Shown here one piece after another: positions 9,505 to 20,144 of a DNA stretch of 64,000 nucleotides. How positions within the stretch are numbered: the stretch's first letter is position 1; each line of letters begins with the position of its first letter. Position numbers and translations under genes: made by a program. A model generated the notes under the pieces. It did not search any database and had not been told where the DNA came from. It was given only the letters and a program-made list of their open reading frames with translations. Source of the DNA: Clostridiales bacterium (GTDB taxonomy: Bacteria > Bacillota > Clostridia > Peptostreptococcales > Anaerovoracaceae); contig DUVF01000012.1 in assembly GCA_012841165.1 (NCBI GenBank), positions 2,977-66,976 of the forward strand, in the 5' to 3' direction.

Positions 9505-11103
9505 TCAGGTAATCTTTACATCAATACCGCCCAGGTCGCGGCTTGCCATTTCAGCCAGTTCCTGCGCTGTCGGTTCCTTTTTTATTTCTTTATGATACTG
9601 ACAGACCATCCGCAAGCGACGGCCGACCAGTTGTTCCATCTCTGTCTCAAGTGTCTGGCTGTGCGCCTCCACCAGGTCTTTGTTGAACTGGCTGGTGGTC
9701 GCTACAACGAAATTACTCTCACCAACCTCTGCCAAGCTACAGCCGATGCCTATCAAGCCGGGTAAGCTGTCGCATTCGTCGATCAGACGCTGCCAAAGTT
9801 GATCAAGATCTTCCGACGACAGGATTTCTGCGGCAACCACCTCTTGAGCGGGTTCGGCGGGCTCGTCAGGAGTTATAGCCGCTTCAGATATAGACTTAGG
9901 AGCCGGCTTCTTCGGTACTGATTCGGAGACCGGCTCAGGTTTTGAAACCAGTGCTTTCGGCTTTGGTTCAGAAACCGGTTCTTTACGCGCAGGTTCAGAA
10001 ACTGACTTTGGAACCGGTGCTACCGAATCAGCCATTTGAATAGCGCAGATCTCGACCAGCACGCGGGGCGCAACAGACCAGCGCGCGTCGGCCTGAGCAT
10101 CCGCCAGTTCTAAAATATGCCGGCGAATAGTCTCTACGTTAAAGCCACGACTCTGCCGGACAATTGCTTCGGTGTTTTCGGCCGAGAGATCAATCATATC
10201 GCCCGGTTTTTCGAGCATTCGGGCAATCAGCAGGTTGCGATAATGGTCGATCCAGTCACGCAGCAACTGCCGAGCGTCACGCCCCTCTTCCAAAATACGG
10301 TCGATCTTCTGCAACACTGCTCCTGCATCGCCCTGAATGACGGCATCTGTCAGATCGATCAGCACTTCTTCGCTGGAAGCGCCTAAAAATGTCAGCACGA
10401 TCGAACGGTCAACCTTGCCGTTACTGGCGGCAAGACACTGATCAAGCAAGGACAACGCGTCACGCACCGATCCGTCGGCGCTGCGCACGATCAAACCGGC
10501 AGCTTCCGGTGTCAGTTCGACCGCCAGCGCCCGGCTGATCCGATTCAGACCTTCTTTGATTGCTTTTTCGGAAATACGATGGAAATCCAACCGCAGGCAA
10601 CGTGACAGAATAGTAGCCGGGAGCTTATGCGCTTCCGTAGTGGCCAAAATGAACATCGAATGATCGGGCGGCTCCTCCAGCGTCTTGAGCAGCGCATTGA
10701 AAGCCGGCGTAGTCAGCATGTGCACTTCGTCGATGATGTAAACTTTACGCCGACCCACCGCCGGAGGATACTGTACGCTTTCTCTCAATTCGCGGATACT
10801 GTCTACTCCGTTGTTGGATGCAGCGTCAATCTCAATGACATCGATCAGCAGACCATCCCGGATCGCCTGACAGTTCTCGCAAATGCCGCAGGGCCTCTGC
10901 CCTTGCGGCGCCTGGCAGTTCACCCCTTTGGCCAGAATGCGGGCCAGCGATGTCTTGCCGGTCCCACGAGTCCCGCAGAACAAATAGGCATGACTGACGG
11001 TTTCGCGATCCAGCTGATTTTTCAGGATCCTGACGATATGTTCCTGTCCCAGCACATCATCAAAGGTGTCCGGTCGAAAAGTTCGGTAGAGCGCCTGATA
11101 CAT
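9505..11103 (-). CDS. dnaX: DNA polymerase III subunit gamma/tau
   Basis: 532 aa with AAA+ motifs (GTRGTGKT, IIDEVHML), a zinc module (CQAPQGQRPCGICENC) and a Pro/Glu/Lys-rich linker. Confidence 0.95.
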   Translation of the reverse strand: MYQALYRTFRPDTFDDVLGQEHIVRILKNQLDRETVSHAYLFCGTRGTGKTSLARILAKGVNCQAPQGQRPCGICENCQAIRDGLLIDVIEIDAASNNGVDSIRELRESVQYPPAVGRRKVYIIDEVHMLTTPAFNALLKTLEEPPDHSMFILATTEAHKLPATILSRCLRLDFHRISEKAIKEGLNRISRALAVELTPEAAGLIVRSADGSVRDALSLLDQCLAASNGKVDRSIVLTFLGASSEEVLIDLTDAVIQGDAGAVLQKIDRILEEGRDARQLLRDWIDHYRNLLIARMLEKPGDMIDLSAENTEAIVRQSRGFNVETIRRHILELADAQADARWSVAPRVLVEICAIQMADSVAPVPKSVSEPARKEPVSEPKPKALVSKPEPVSESVPKKPAPKSISEAAITPDEPAEPAQEVVAAEILSSEDLDQLWQRLIDECDSLPGLIGIGCSLAEVGESNFVVATTSQFNKDLVEAHSQTLETEMEQLVGRRLRMVCQYHKEIKKEPTAQELAEMASRDLGGIDVKIT

Positions 11104-11139
11104 CCTGGCAAATGCCCCCCTTTAAAACAGTGACAGACA

Positions 11140-11400
11140 ACGCCTCTATTCGCTCTGCCACCAATGGTCAACAGATTGAAAAGATTGCCTCTCAGCAGCC
11201 CCGCGTTGGATATGTGCCCGGCTGGTCTGCGGCACATAAGGGGCTCTGCTTATCGCTGCTTCCTTCCGGACCTGACGAGGTTCACAGATTCTTATTGCGC
11301 AGGACCCGGCACATGCCAGGCGAAGCTGCTGAGAGGCAATCACTTGCTTTATTATATCTGTAAACCCGGGTTGCGTCAATCCGTGCCCTCCCGCCATGTT
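11140..11400 (-). ncRNA. ffs: signal recognition particle RNA (large Bacillus-type scRNA); ends approximate
   Basis: The minus strand contains the domain IV core GUCAGGUCCGGAAGGAAGCAGC. Long complementary helix-5 arms flank it (UUGCCUCUCAGCAGC...GCUGCUGAGAGGCAA and CAUGUGCCGGG...CCGGGCACAU). It sits in the canonical position upstream of dnaX. Confidence 0.8.
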
Positions 11401-11436
11401 GTTGATCAAACATCTCATCCCCGAACGATTGCGTAA

Positions 11437-11465
11437 TTGACATATGCCGGAAACTATTATAATAT
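11437..11465 (+). promoter_or_regulatory. candidate promoter of the DUF364 gene (TTGACA, then TATAAT at 15 nt or TAATAT at 17 nt)
   Basis: Hexamers read at 11437-11442 and 11458-11465. Confidence 0.5.
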
Positions 11466-11509
11466 TTATCTTGTAATTAACCGGAAGATTTTTAAGAGGA
11501 GGTTTCTTA

Positions 11510-12262
11510 ATGATAACTAATAAATTGATCGAAAATGCTGTCTCAGCAGCAGGTGATAGAAAGATAAAGGATATCAGAGCCGGTCTGAGCTATACGGCAG
11601 TCATGCTGGATGATCATGCCTGCGGCCTGGCCTACACCTTCCGAGACCGGCTGGGACACTTTTGCGGCGTAATGGGTGAAGCCGGGAACATCACCGGCAA
11701 GAGTGCGGCTGAAGTGATTCCCTGGCTGAACAGCAAGAATCTTTTGATGGCAGCAATGGGACTTGCAACCATTAATGCGGTACTGAATCATTCTAACGAG
11801 CGTTGGGATGAAGGCAACATAACAGCAGCTCTTGATCTGGCGCCGACAGACGTTTTCGGCATGGTGGGCAGCTTCGGACCTATTTTAAATGTGGTCAAAA
11901 GAAAGACAGACAACATATATGTTTTTGAGCAGCGCACCGATAAAGCACCCGGCTTATATCCCGAAGCCGATATACCTATCTATTTGCCGAAGTGCGATGT
12001 TATCGTGATAACCGCTACCAGCATAATCAACCACACCATAGACCAGGTTTTGGCACATTGCGGCGACGCGCGGGAGGTCTGCCTGGTCGGGCCGTCATGC
12101 CCACTGTGTCCTCAAGTGTTCGAAGATTATAATGTTACAATTCTGGCAGGCGATGTGGTGACGTCTCCCGAAAACGCGCTGCAGATCGTCAGCCAGGGTG
12201 GCGGTACCATGGCACTGAAAAACGCCATGAAACATGTTCTGGTCAGACTGCCGGTTCGCTGA
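11510..12262 (+). CDS. DUF4213/DUF364 family protein (the so-called putative heavy-metal chelation domain)
   Basis: 250 aa. The N-terminal IRAGLSYTAVMLDDHACGLAYTF pattern is typical of this family, followed by a Rossmann-like C-terminal half. AGGAGG RBS. Confidence 0.7.
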   Translation: MITNKLIENAVSAAGDRKIKDIRAGLSYTAVMLDDHACGLAYTFRDRLGHFCGVMGEAGNITGKSAAEVIPWLNSKNLLMAAMGLATINAVLNHSNERWDEGNITAALDLAPTDVFGMVGSFGPILNVVKRKTDNIYVFEQRTDKAPGLYPEADIPIYLPKCDVIVITATSIINHTIDQVLAHCGDAREVCLVGPSCPLCPQVFEDYNVTILAGDVVTSPENALQIVSQGGGTMALKNAMKHVLVRLPVR

Positions 12263-13250
12263 AGACCACTTTATACAGCTCATCGCTGCCGGGCGTTTCG
12301 ATTATTTCGCTGCGGCCGTCTCGCAGGAGAACGCGCCCTTCACCGGATGGTCTGATCTCCCCGATCTGCGCTATTTCAACGCCGGCTCGCCTAACATCCC
12401 GAATGATGGCAGGCGCTTTGTCAGGGTTGGCTATTATGAGCATGCAGCCGCTTGATATCAATTTCAAACCATCGATATCGAAATGACGGCAGATCTTTTC
12501 TGTAACCGGCGCAATCGGTACCTTTGCAGCATCGATCAACACGCCGGAGCCGGCGACTTCGCACATTTCCCAAACCGCTCCCAAAACACCGCCTTCTGTG
12601 ATATCATGCATCCCGGAAGTTCCGACCTGACCAGCGGCCACTCCCTCCGCCACCACCGATACGCGGCTCAACATCGCCTGAGCTTCCTCCAACTCACCTT
12701 CAGTCAGAACATCCTGCAGGCGATCGGCGAAATCACCCGCCAGAATGGCGGTTCCCTCCAGACCGGCTGTCTTGGTCATAAGCACCAGATCACCAGAACG
12801 GATCGGTTCTTTAACAGGGAAGGCGCCTTTTTCTATCCGTCCCAGCGCCGTTGAAACAATGACCGGCCGCGATACAGCCGCAGTAATCTCTGTGTGCCCG
12901 CCGACAATCTCCACATTCAATTCGGCAGCTGCCTGCCCGGCGTCGGCCATCACCCGATCGATTGTCGAAAGTTCCGTTCCTTCCGGAAACATGCAGGCTA
13001 ACATGATGCCCAGCGGAGCTACCCCGTTAGTGGCAATGTCATTGCAGGAAACATGGATTGCCAGTCGTCCCAGCTGTTCCTCGGCAGCTGTCACCGGATC
13101 GGTCGACAGCACACAATCATATTCGCCGAAATCGATCACCGCGCAATCTTTACCGATGCCGGGCCGTTCTTTGACCTCTGCTCTCCTGGTGGTGAAATGA
13201 CGAAACACGATCTCCTCCAGCATACGACTGTCAAGCTTGCCTGATTTCAT
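12243..13250 (-). CDS. AIR synthase-related (PurM/ThiL/HypE/SelD superfamily) protein
   Basis: 335 aa with DCAVIDF...STDP and GGHTE motifs of the PurM-like ATP-binding fold. AAGGAGAAGG RBS. Confidence 0.75.
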   Translation of the reverse strand: MKSGKLDSRMLEEIVFRHFTTRRAEVKERPGIGKDCAVIDFGEYDCVLSTDPVTAAEEQLGRLAIHVSCNDIATNGVAPLGIMLACMFPEGTELSTIDRVMADAGQAAAELNVEIVGGHTEITAAVSRPVIVSTALGRIEKGAFPVKEPIRSGDLVLMTKTAGLEGTAILAGDFADRLQDVLTEGELEEAQAMLSRVSVVAEGVAAGQVGTSGMHDITEGGVLGAVWEMCEVAGSGVLIDAAKVPIAPVTEKICRHFDIDGLKLISSGCMLIIANPDKAPAIIRDVRRAGVEIAQIGEIRPSGEGRVLLRDGRSEIIETPGSDELYKVVFSEPAV

Positions 13251-13362
13251 CTTTCCTTCTCCTTGTACCTCTGTCTTTCGCGCCGGTCCTTTTCACGCCG
13301 GACTTTGTTGTGCCTCTGTATTTTCCGCCGGCTCTTGTCCCGTCCTGACCGGCGGGATCGGA

Positions 13363-15522
<2,160 letters not shown>

Positions 15523-15532
15523 CTATTTGACT

Positions 15533-17758
15533 CTACTCTACCAGGGTCAGCGGCGCGACGCTGAGCGCCAGTTTCTTGACCCCGGCTTCGTCAAAAGCGA
15601 CTTTAGCCGTATCGCCCTCTACTTCTAATACTGTGCCGCTGCCAAATTTGCTGTGGATGACCCGGCTGCCGGCCGACAGCTGCCCGGCCTTCAGCGTCGG
15701 CCGTGCGGCGCGGCCGCTCTGCGGCCGCATCCCGGCGAAGGGCCGGAATTCTTCACCGGAGTCGGCCGGCTCACTTTCCGACCAGCTGTAGCGGTCAAAC
15801 CGCCGGCCTGCGGGCAGCGCATCGCCGCAAATCCGCGCTGGATCCAATTCCCTCAGAAACATCGATTCGCGTGTATGATCTGTTTGTCCATACAAAGTTC
15901 GCAGTTCTGCATTCGTCAGATACAAAAGTTCCATCGCCCGCGTCATGCCAACGTAGCACAGCCGGCGCTCTTCCTCCAGTCCATCCGGCCGCTCCAGCGC
16001 CCGCCAGCCGGGAAACAGTCCGTCCTCCATGCCCACCATGAACACCACCGGAAACTCCAATCCTTTGGCACTGTGCAGGGTCATCAATACGACGGCATCC
16101 TCCTCCGCCTTGTGATTATCAACTTCTGCCATCAACGCGATCTTCTCCAGAAATTCGCCTAATGTTCCGGTCTGGTCGGCTTGTTCCAACTCTTTTTGGT
16201 AGTCAGAAATCACGGTTTTGAATTCCAGCAGGTTTTCAATCCGGGCTGTTGCCTCGACAGTGTTTTGCTCTTCAAGAGCGGAAAAATAGCCGGTTTTATT
16301 GAGCAGTTCATCGTATAAGTCCGAAATACGCAAGTTGTCTTTTTCCTGCGTCAACAAGCGAATAGCTGCGATCATTTCATCTAATTTCCGACCGGTTTCG
16401 CCTGTCAGGCCGGCTGTCACCTCCGGATCGCCGATCGTCTGAAAGAGCGATTCGCCGCGCGCACCGGCCAGACTGCGCAGTTTCGCCAAAGTCTTTGCCC
16501 CTACGCCGCGTTTTGGTTCATTGACAACGCGCAGCAAGGCCAGATCGTCAGCAGGGTTTTCCACAAGGCGCATATAGGCCACCATATCCTTGACCTCTTT
16601 GCGATCATAGTAACGAAAGCCACCCAGCACCCGATAGGGCAGACCGGCTTCTAAAAATGCCTCTTCAAAACGTCGGGACTGGGCATTGGTTCGATACAGC
16701 ACAGCAAAATCACGACAGCTCCGATCCAGCCGGATCAGCCGTCGGATCTCCTGAGCGACATACCTGGCTTCTTCTTTGTCGTTATCCGCCCGAAAATAGC
16801 GGATCTTCTCACCGGTCGCCTTATCCGTCCAGAGACGTTTGTCCTTTCGCCCCTGATTGCGCTTGATCACCGAATGAGCGCCGCCCAGGATATGACCGGT
16901 CGAGCGATAGTTTTGCTCCAGCTTGACCACCTTGGCGCCGCGAAAATCTTTCTCAAAATCCAGAATGTTGCCGATGTCGGCTCCCCGCCATTGATAGATG
17001 CACTGATCGTCGTCGCCCACCACACAGATATTGTGATGCTTTTCGGCCAACAGCCGGATGAACTGGTACTGCATCGCGTTGGTGTCCTGATATTCATCAA
17101 CCATGATGTAACGAAATCTATCCTGCAGCTCGGCCAGTACTTCCGGCTGACTGCGCAGCAGCTGCACTGTTCGCAGGATTAGATCATCGAAATCCATCGC
17201 GTTGTTTTCTTTCAGCCTCTTTTCATAAGCCTCGTACAAGCGGGCTACAATTCGCTCCCGCTGCTGCACCGCATTCGCTTCGAAATTTGCCGGGCCGACT
17301 CCTTTGTCTTTACAATCGCTGATTATCGTCAGGACATATGGCGCCGGATAAACCTTCTCATCTTCCCCGAGTTCCTTCAGCAGTAGCTTGATGACCGCCT
17401 TCTGATCTTCCGGATCGTACACCGTGAAATTTGCAGTATACCCGATTCGCTCAGCATACTGGCGCAGGATGCGCAGACAGGCCGCGTGAAACGTCATGAT
17501 CCACATGCCGCGGGTCTGGCCGACCAGCGCTTCCACCCGTTCACGCATCTCCCTGGCCGCTTTGTTTGTAAAGGTGACCGCCAATATCTGCCGCGGCAGG
17601 ATGCCGGCGTCCTGGATCAGCCAGGCGATACGGTGCGTCATGGTGCTGGTTTTCCCGCTGCCGGCGCCGGCCAAAATAAGCAGCGGCCCTTCCCGGTGCG
17701 TCGCCGCTTTATATTGTTCGGGGTTTAATCCCCGTAAATCTGTCGTTCCGTCTCCCAT
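15533..17758 (-). CDS. pcrA: ATP-dependent DNA helicase PcrA (UvrD family)
   Basis: Carries the GAGSGKT and DEYQDTN motifs, and forms the classical pcrA-ligA pair. I prefer the start at ATG 17758 (MGDGTTDL), 12 nt after AGGAG. The ORF-track start 17767 is a TTG too close to the RBS. Confidence 0.93.
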   Translation of the reverse strand: MGDGTTDLRGLNPEQYKAATHREGPLLILAGAGSGKTSTMTHRIAWLIQDAGILPRQILAVTFTNKAAREMRERVEALVGQTRGMWIMTFHAACLRILRQYAERIGYTANFTVYDPEDQKAVIKLLLKELGEDEKVYPAPYVLTIISDCKDKGVGPANFEANAVQQRERIVARLYEAYEKRLKENNAMDFDDLILRTVQLLRSQPEVLAELQDRFRYIMVDEYQDTNAMQYQFIRLLAEKHHNICVVGDDDQCIYQWRGADIGNILDFEKDFRGAKVVKLEQNYRSTGHILGGAHSVIKRNQGRKDKRLWTDKATGEKIRYFRADNDKEEARYVAQEIRRLIRLDRSCRDFAVLYRTNAQSRRFEEAFLEAGLPYRVLGGFRYYDRKEVKDMVAYMRLVENPADDLALLRVVNEPKRGVGAKTLAKLRSLAGARGESLFQTIGDPEVTAGLTGETGRKLDEMIAAIRLLTQEKDNLRISDLYDELLNKTGYFSALEEQNTVEATARIENLLEFKTVISDYQKELEQADQTGTLGEFLEKIALMAEVDNHKAEEDAVVLMTLHSAKGLEFPVVFMVGMEDGLFPGWRALERPDGLEEERRLCYVGMTRAMELLYLTNAELRTLYGQTDHTRESMFLRELDPARICGDALPAGRRFDRYSWSESEPADSGEEFRPFAGMRPQSGRAARPTLKAGQLSAGSRVIHSKFGSGTVLEVEGDTAKVAFDEAGVKKLALSVAPLTLVE

Positions 17759-17983
17759 ATCAGGCAAGGACTCCTTTTGTGATTTGACTCTTTTATACTT
17801 GTATACTTGACTCTCTATAGCTTATTATAGAGGTTAAAGAGGTCTTGTTTTTTCGTTCTTTATATTACCATAACGCCATCGCCTTGGGAACTCTCCAAGC
17901 TGTTTAGCACGGAACAAGACCGGGTATTTGTTATTTATAAAACACAAACAAAGACGAATGACGGATAAGGAGGCTAAGTACAA

Positions 17984-18442
17984 ATGAGAAAATTCTTTGT
18001 GCCGATTGATGGATCGGAATTCTCGGAACGCGCAGTGAAAGAAGCCCTGGCGCAAGTCAAGGCATTCGGCGGCAAAGTCGTATTGTTCAACTACATCAGC
18101 GCCGACCACATTCTGGCAAGCGATAACATTCAGGATATGCGAAGCGCCATGCTCGATGTGCGCAACTGGTCGTCTTTAATGACCAATGCCGAACAAAAGT
18201 CCTACGATGTTCTTGAAAAAGCTAAGGCAGTACTGGAAGGCTACGATGTCGAAATCGCAACGGCCAGCGGACCGGCTAACAAAATCGCCCACCACATCGT
18301 CGAATATGCCGAAAAAAATGATTTTGACATGATCATAATGGGTTCACGCGGTGTTGGAGCCTTAAAAATGCGTCTCTACATGGGAAGCGTCACTACCAAA
18401 GTCCTCCACCAGACCATTCTTCCTGTACTGATCGTTCAGTAA
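17984..18442 (+). CDS. universal stress protein (UspA family)
   Basis: 152 aa with the IIMGSRGVGALK...GSVT motif. AAGGAGG RBS. Confidence 0.85.
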   Translation: MRKFFVPIDGSEFSERAVKEALAQVKAFGGKVVLFNYISADHILASDNIQDMRSAMLDVRNWSSLMTNAEQKSYDVLEKAKAVLEGYDVEIATASGPANKIAHHIVEYAEKNDFDMIIMGSRGVGALKMRLYMGSVTTKVLHQTILPVLIVQ

Positions 18443-18484
18443 AACAAACAAAACACGGATATGGAAGATATATAAAAACGATAC

Positions 18485-18522
18485 AAAAAAGCGAGGCTGT
18501 CCGGATCGGACAGCCTCTTTAA
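18485..18522. terminator. bidirectional intrinsic terminator between usp and rubrerythrin
   Basis: An 11-bp perfect stem GAGGCTGTCCG/CGGACAGCCTC with a 3-nt loop. It has an A-tract on the left and a T-rich stretch on the right. Confidence 0.7.
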
Positions 18523-18585
18523 GCTGCTTGCTGCTTATTGTTTAACAGAGTTTTGCTTTAATCTCCGGCGCGCAGCAAACTTTTC

Positions 18586-19125
18586 TTATTTATAGTTGTC
18601 TGCCTTCACCTGGAAATACGCTTTGGAATGCTTGCAGACCGGGCACAATTCCAAAGCCTTTTTGCCGGTATAAGTGTGTCCGCAGTTGGAGCACTCCCAA
18701 AGCACATCCTGCTCTTTTTCAAACACCTTGCCGTCTTTTATGTTCTGTGCCAGGGTCAAATAGCGCTCTTCATGCTGTCTCTCTATGGCAGCGACAGCCT
18801 CCATCTGGTAGGCGATTTCCGTAAAGCCTTCAGCTTTCGCTGTTTCTGCCATTTCCTTATACATGGTGGTCCATTCGTAGTTCTCACCGGCGGCAGCGTC
18901 GAGCAGATTTTCCTCGGTTGTGCCTATACCCTGCGCATGTTTGAACCATAGTTCGGCGTGCTCTTTTTCATTGCCGGCGGTTTCAAGGAAAATGTTTGCG
19001 ATTTGCTCATATCCTTCTTTTTTGGCCTTAGATGCATAGAAAGTGTACTTGTTTCTGGCCTGAGATTCTCCCGAAAAAGCTTCCATGAGATTTTCCAGAG
19101 TTTTGCTTCCTTTTAGATCTTTCAT
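18586..19125 (-). CDS. rbr: rubrerythrin
   Basis: 179 aa with an N-terminal diiron four-helix region (E..EKEH motifs) and a C-terminal rubredoxin-like CSNCGH...CPVCKH. GGAGGAGG RBS. Confidence 0.9.
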   Translation of the reverse strand: MKDLKGSKTLENLMEAFSGESQARNKYTFYASKAKKEGYEQIANIFLETAGNEKEHAELWFKHAQGIGTTEENLLDAAAGENYEWTTMYKEMAETAKAEGFTEIAYQMEAVAAIERQHEERYLTLAQNIKDGKVFEKEQDVLWECSNCGHTYTGKKALELCPVCKHSKAYFQVKADNYK

Positions 19126-19635
19126 TTTTTACGTCCTCCTCCAAGGATATTGTGATTATTTGATTGACGATGCTTTTGTATAACGAATAGAGACAAGCAT
19201 TTTAAATCGTGTCTTCTTGATACCACAAACCGCCTGTTGTTAAACTACATTTTCTATCTTAAAAATGAGTCTGCTTGACAAAAAAACGACAGTTTGTTTG
19301 TTTTCTGCTAAACAAAGGCATTATCATGAGCCTAAAATAAATAATTAAATATTTTTTTCAAAACCTTATGCTTGGTATAATGTTTTGACCGGCTTAGCTC
19401 CAGCCAGCAAACTACCCCCTGCCATGAGCTTGCGCTTTGAATTGTTAGGTGATTCAAACATTTTTATTGTCAAAATTGTTGTTAAAATATGACCACAAAT
19501 TCCGGCAATAGTCTTGCGCTATTATATAGTTTGTGATAATTTAGACATGTTAAATAGGTTCGCCTTTTGCGTTTCATAATGGCGAATATCGTACATATCT
19601 ATAAAAACATGAGAGAAGTGAAGGAGATTTGAAAA

Positions 19636-20142
19636 ATGCAAAACGACTGCGCCTGCAACTGCGGTTGCAACAAGACAGACGACCCCAGATTTGCAGAACT
19701 AAAAACATTCATTGACTCTGTAAAAGAAGTCAAGGGCAACACCATGGCCGTGCTGCAGGAAGCTCAGCACATCTTTGGATACCTGCCACTGGAAGTCCAA
19801 AGATACATTTCAGAAGAGACCGGTGTGTCAATGGCTGAATTGTATGGAATTGCAACCTTCTACAGCCAGTTTGCGATCACCCCGCGTGGCAAGCACCATG
19901 TTGGCATTTGTTTGGGAACTGCCTGCTATGTCAAGGGCGCCCAAAAAGTGCTCGATAAAGTACTCCAAGAACTTGACGTGAACGTCGGCGGCACCACCCC
20001 GGATAGTCTTTTCACAGTAGACGCGACCCGCTGCCTGGGCTGTTGCGGTCTTGCTCCGGTCATGATGATCGACGACGATGTCTACGCCAATTTGGACGAT
20101 ACCGACGTTATTCCCGGAATTCTTGAGAAATACAGAGGATAG
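19636..20142 (+). CDS. hydC: [FeFe]-hydrogenase NuoE-like 2Fe-2S subunit (HydC/HndA type)
   Basis: 168 aa with the NuoE cysteine pattern C..TAC....C...CLGCCGLAP. First gene of a NuoE-NuoF-HydA triplet. Confidence 0.85.
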   Translation: MQNDCACNCGCNKTDDPRFAELKTFIDSVKEVKGNTMAVLQEAQHIFGYLPLEVQRYISEETGVSMAELYGIATFYSQFAITPRGKHHVGICLGTACYVKGAQKVLDKVLQELDVNVGGTTPDSLFTVDATRCLGCCGLAPVMMIDDDVYANLDDTDVIPGILEKYRG

Positions 20143-20144
20143 AG

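Noticed and set aside
17780-17835. Duplicated TTGACTCT boxes and a short palindrome (CTCTATA...TATAGAG) in the pcrA/usp spacer, considered as promoters or operators.
   Set aside because: No -10 element lies at an acceptable distance from either TTGACT, and the palindrome arms are only 7 bp and AT-rich. I cannot tell them apart from chance in AT-rich spacer DNA.
19430-19545. Rex operator sites upstream of hydCBA (TTGTTAGGTGATTCAAAC and TTGTGATAATTTAGACAT).
   Set aside because: Each matches only about 10 of 14 positions of the TTGTGAA-N4-TTCACAA consensus, and the second half-sites are poor. That is too weak to annotate without a matrix scan.
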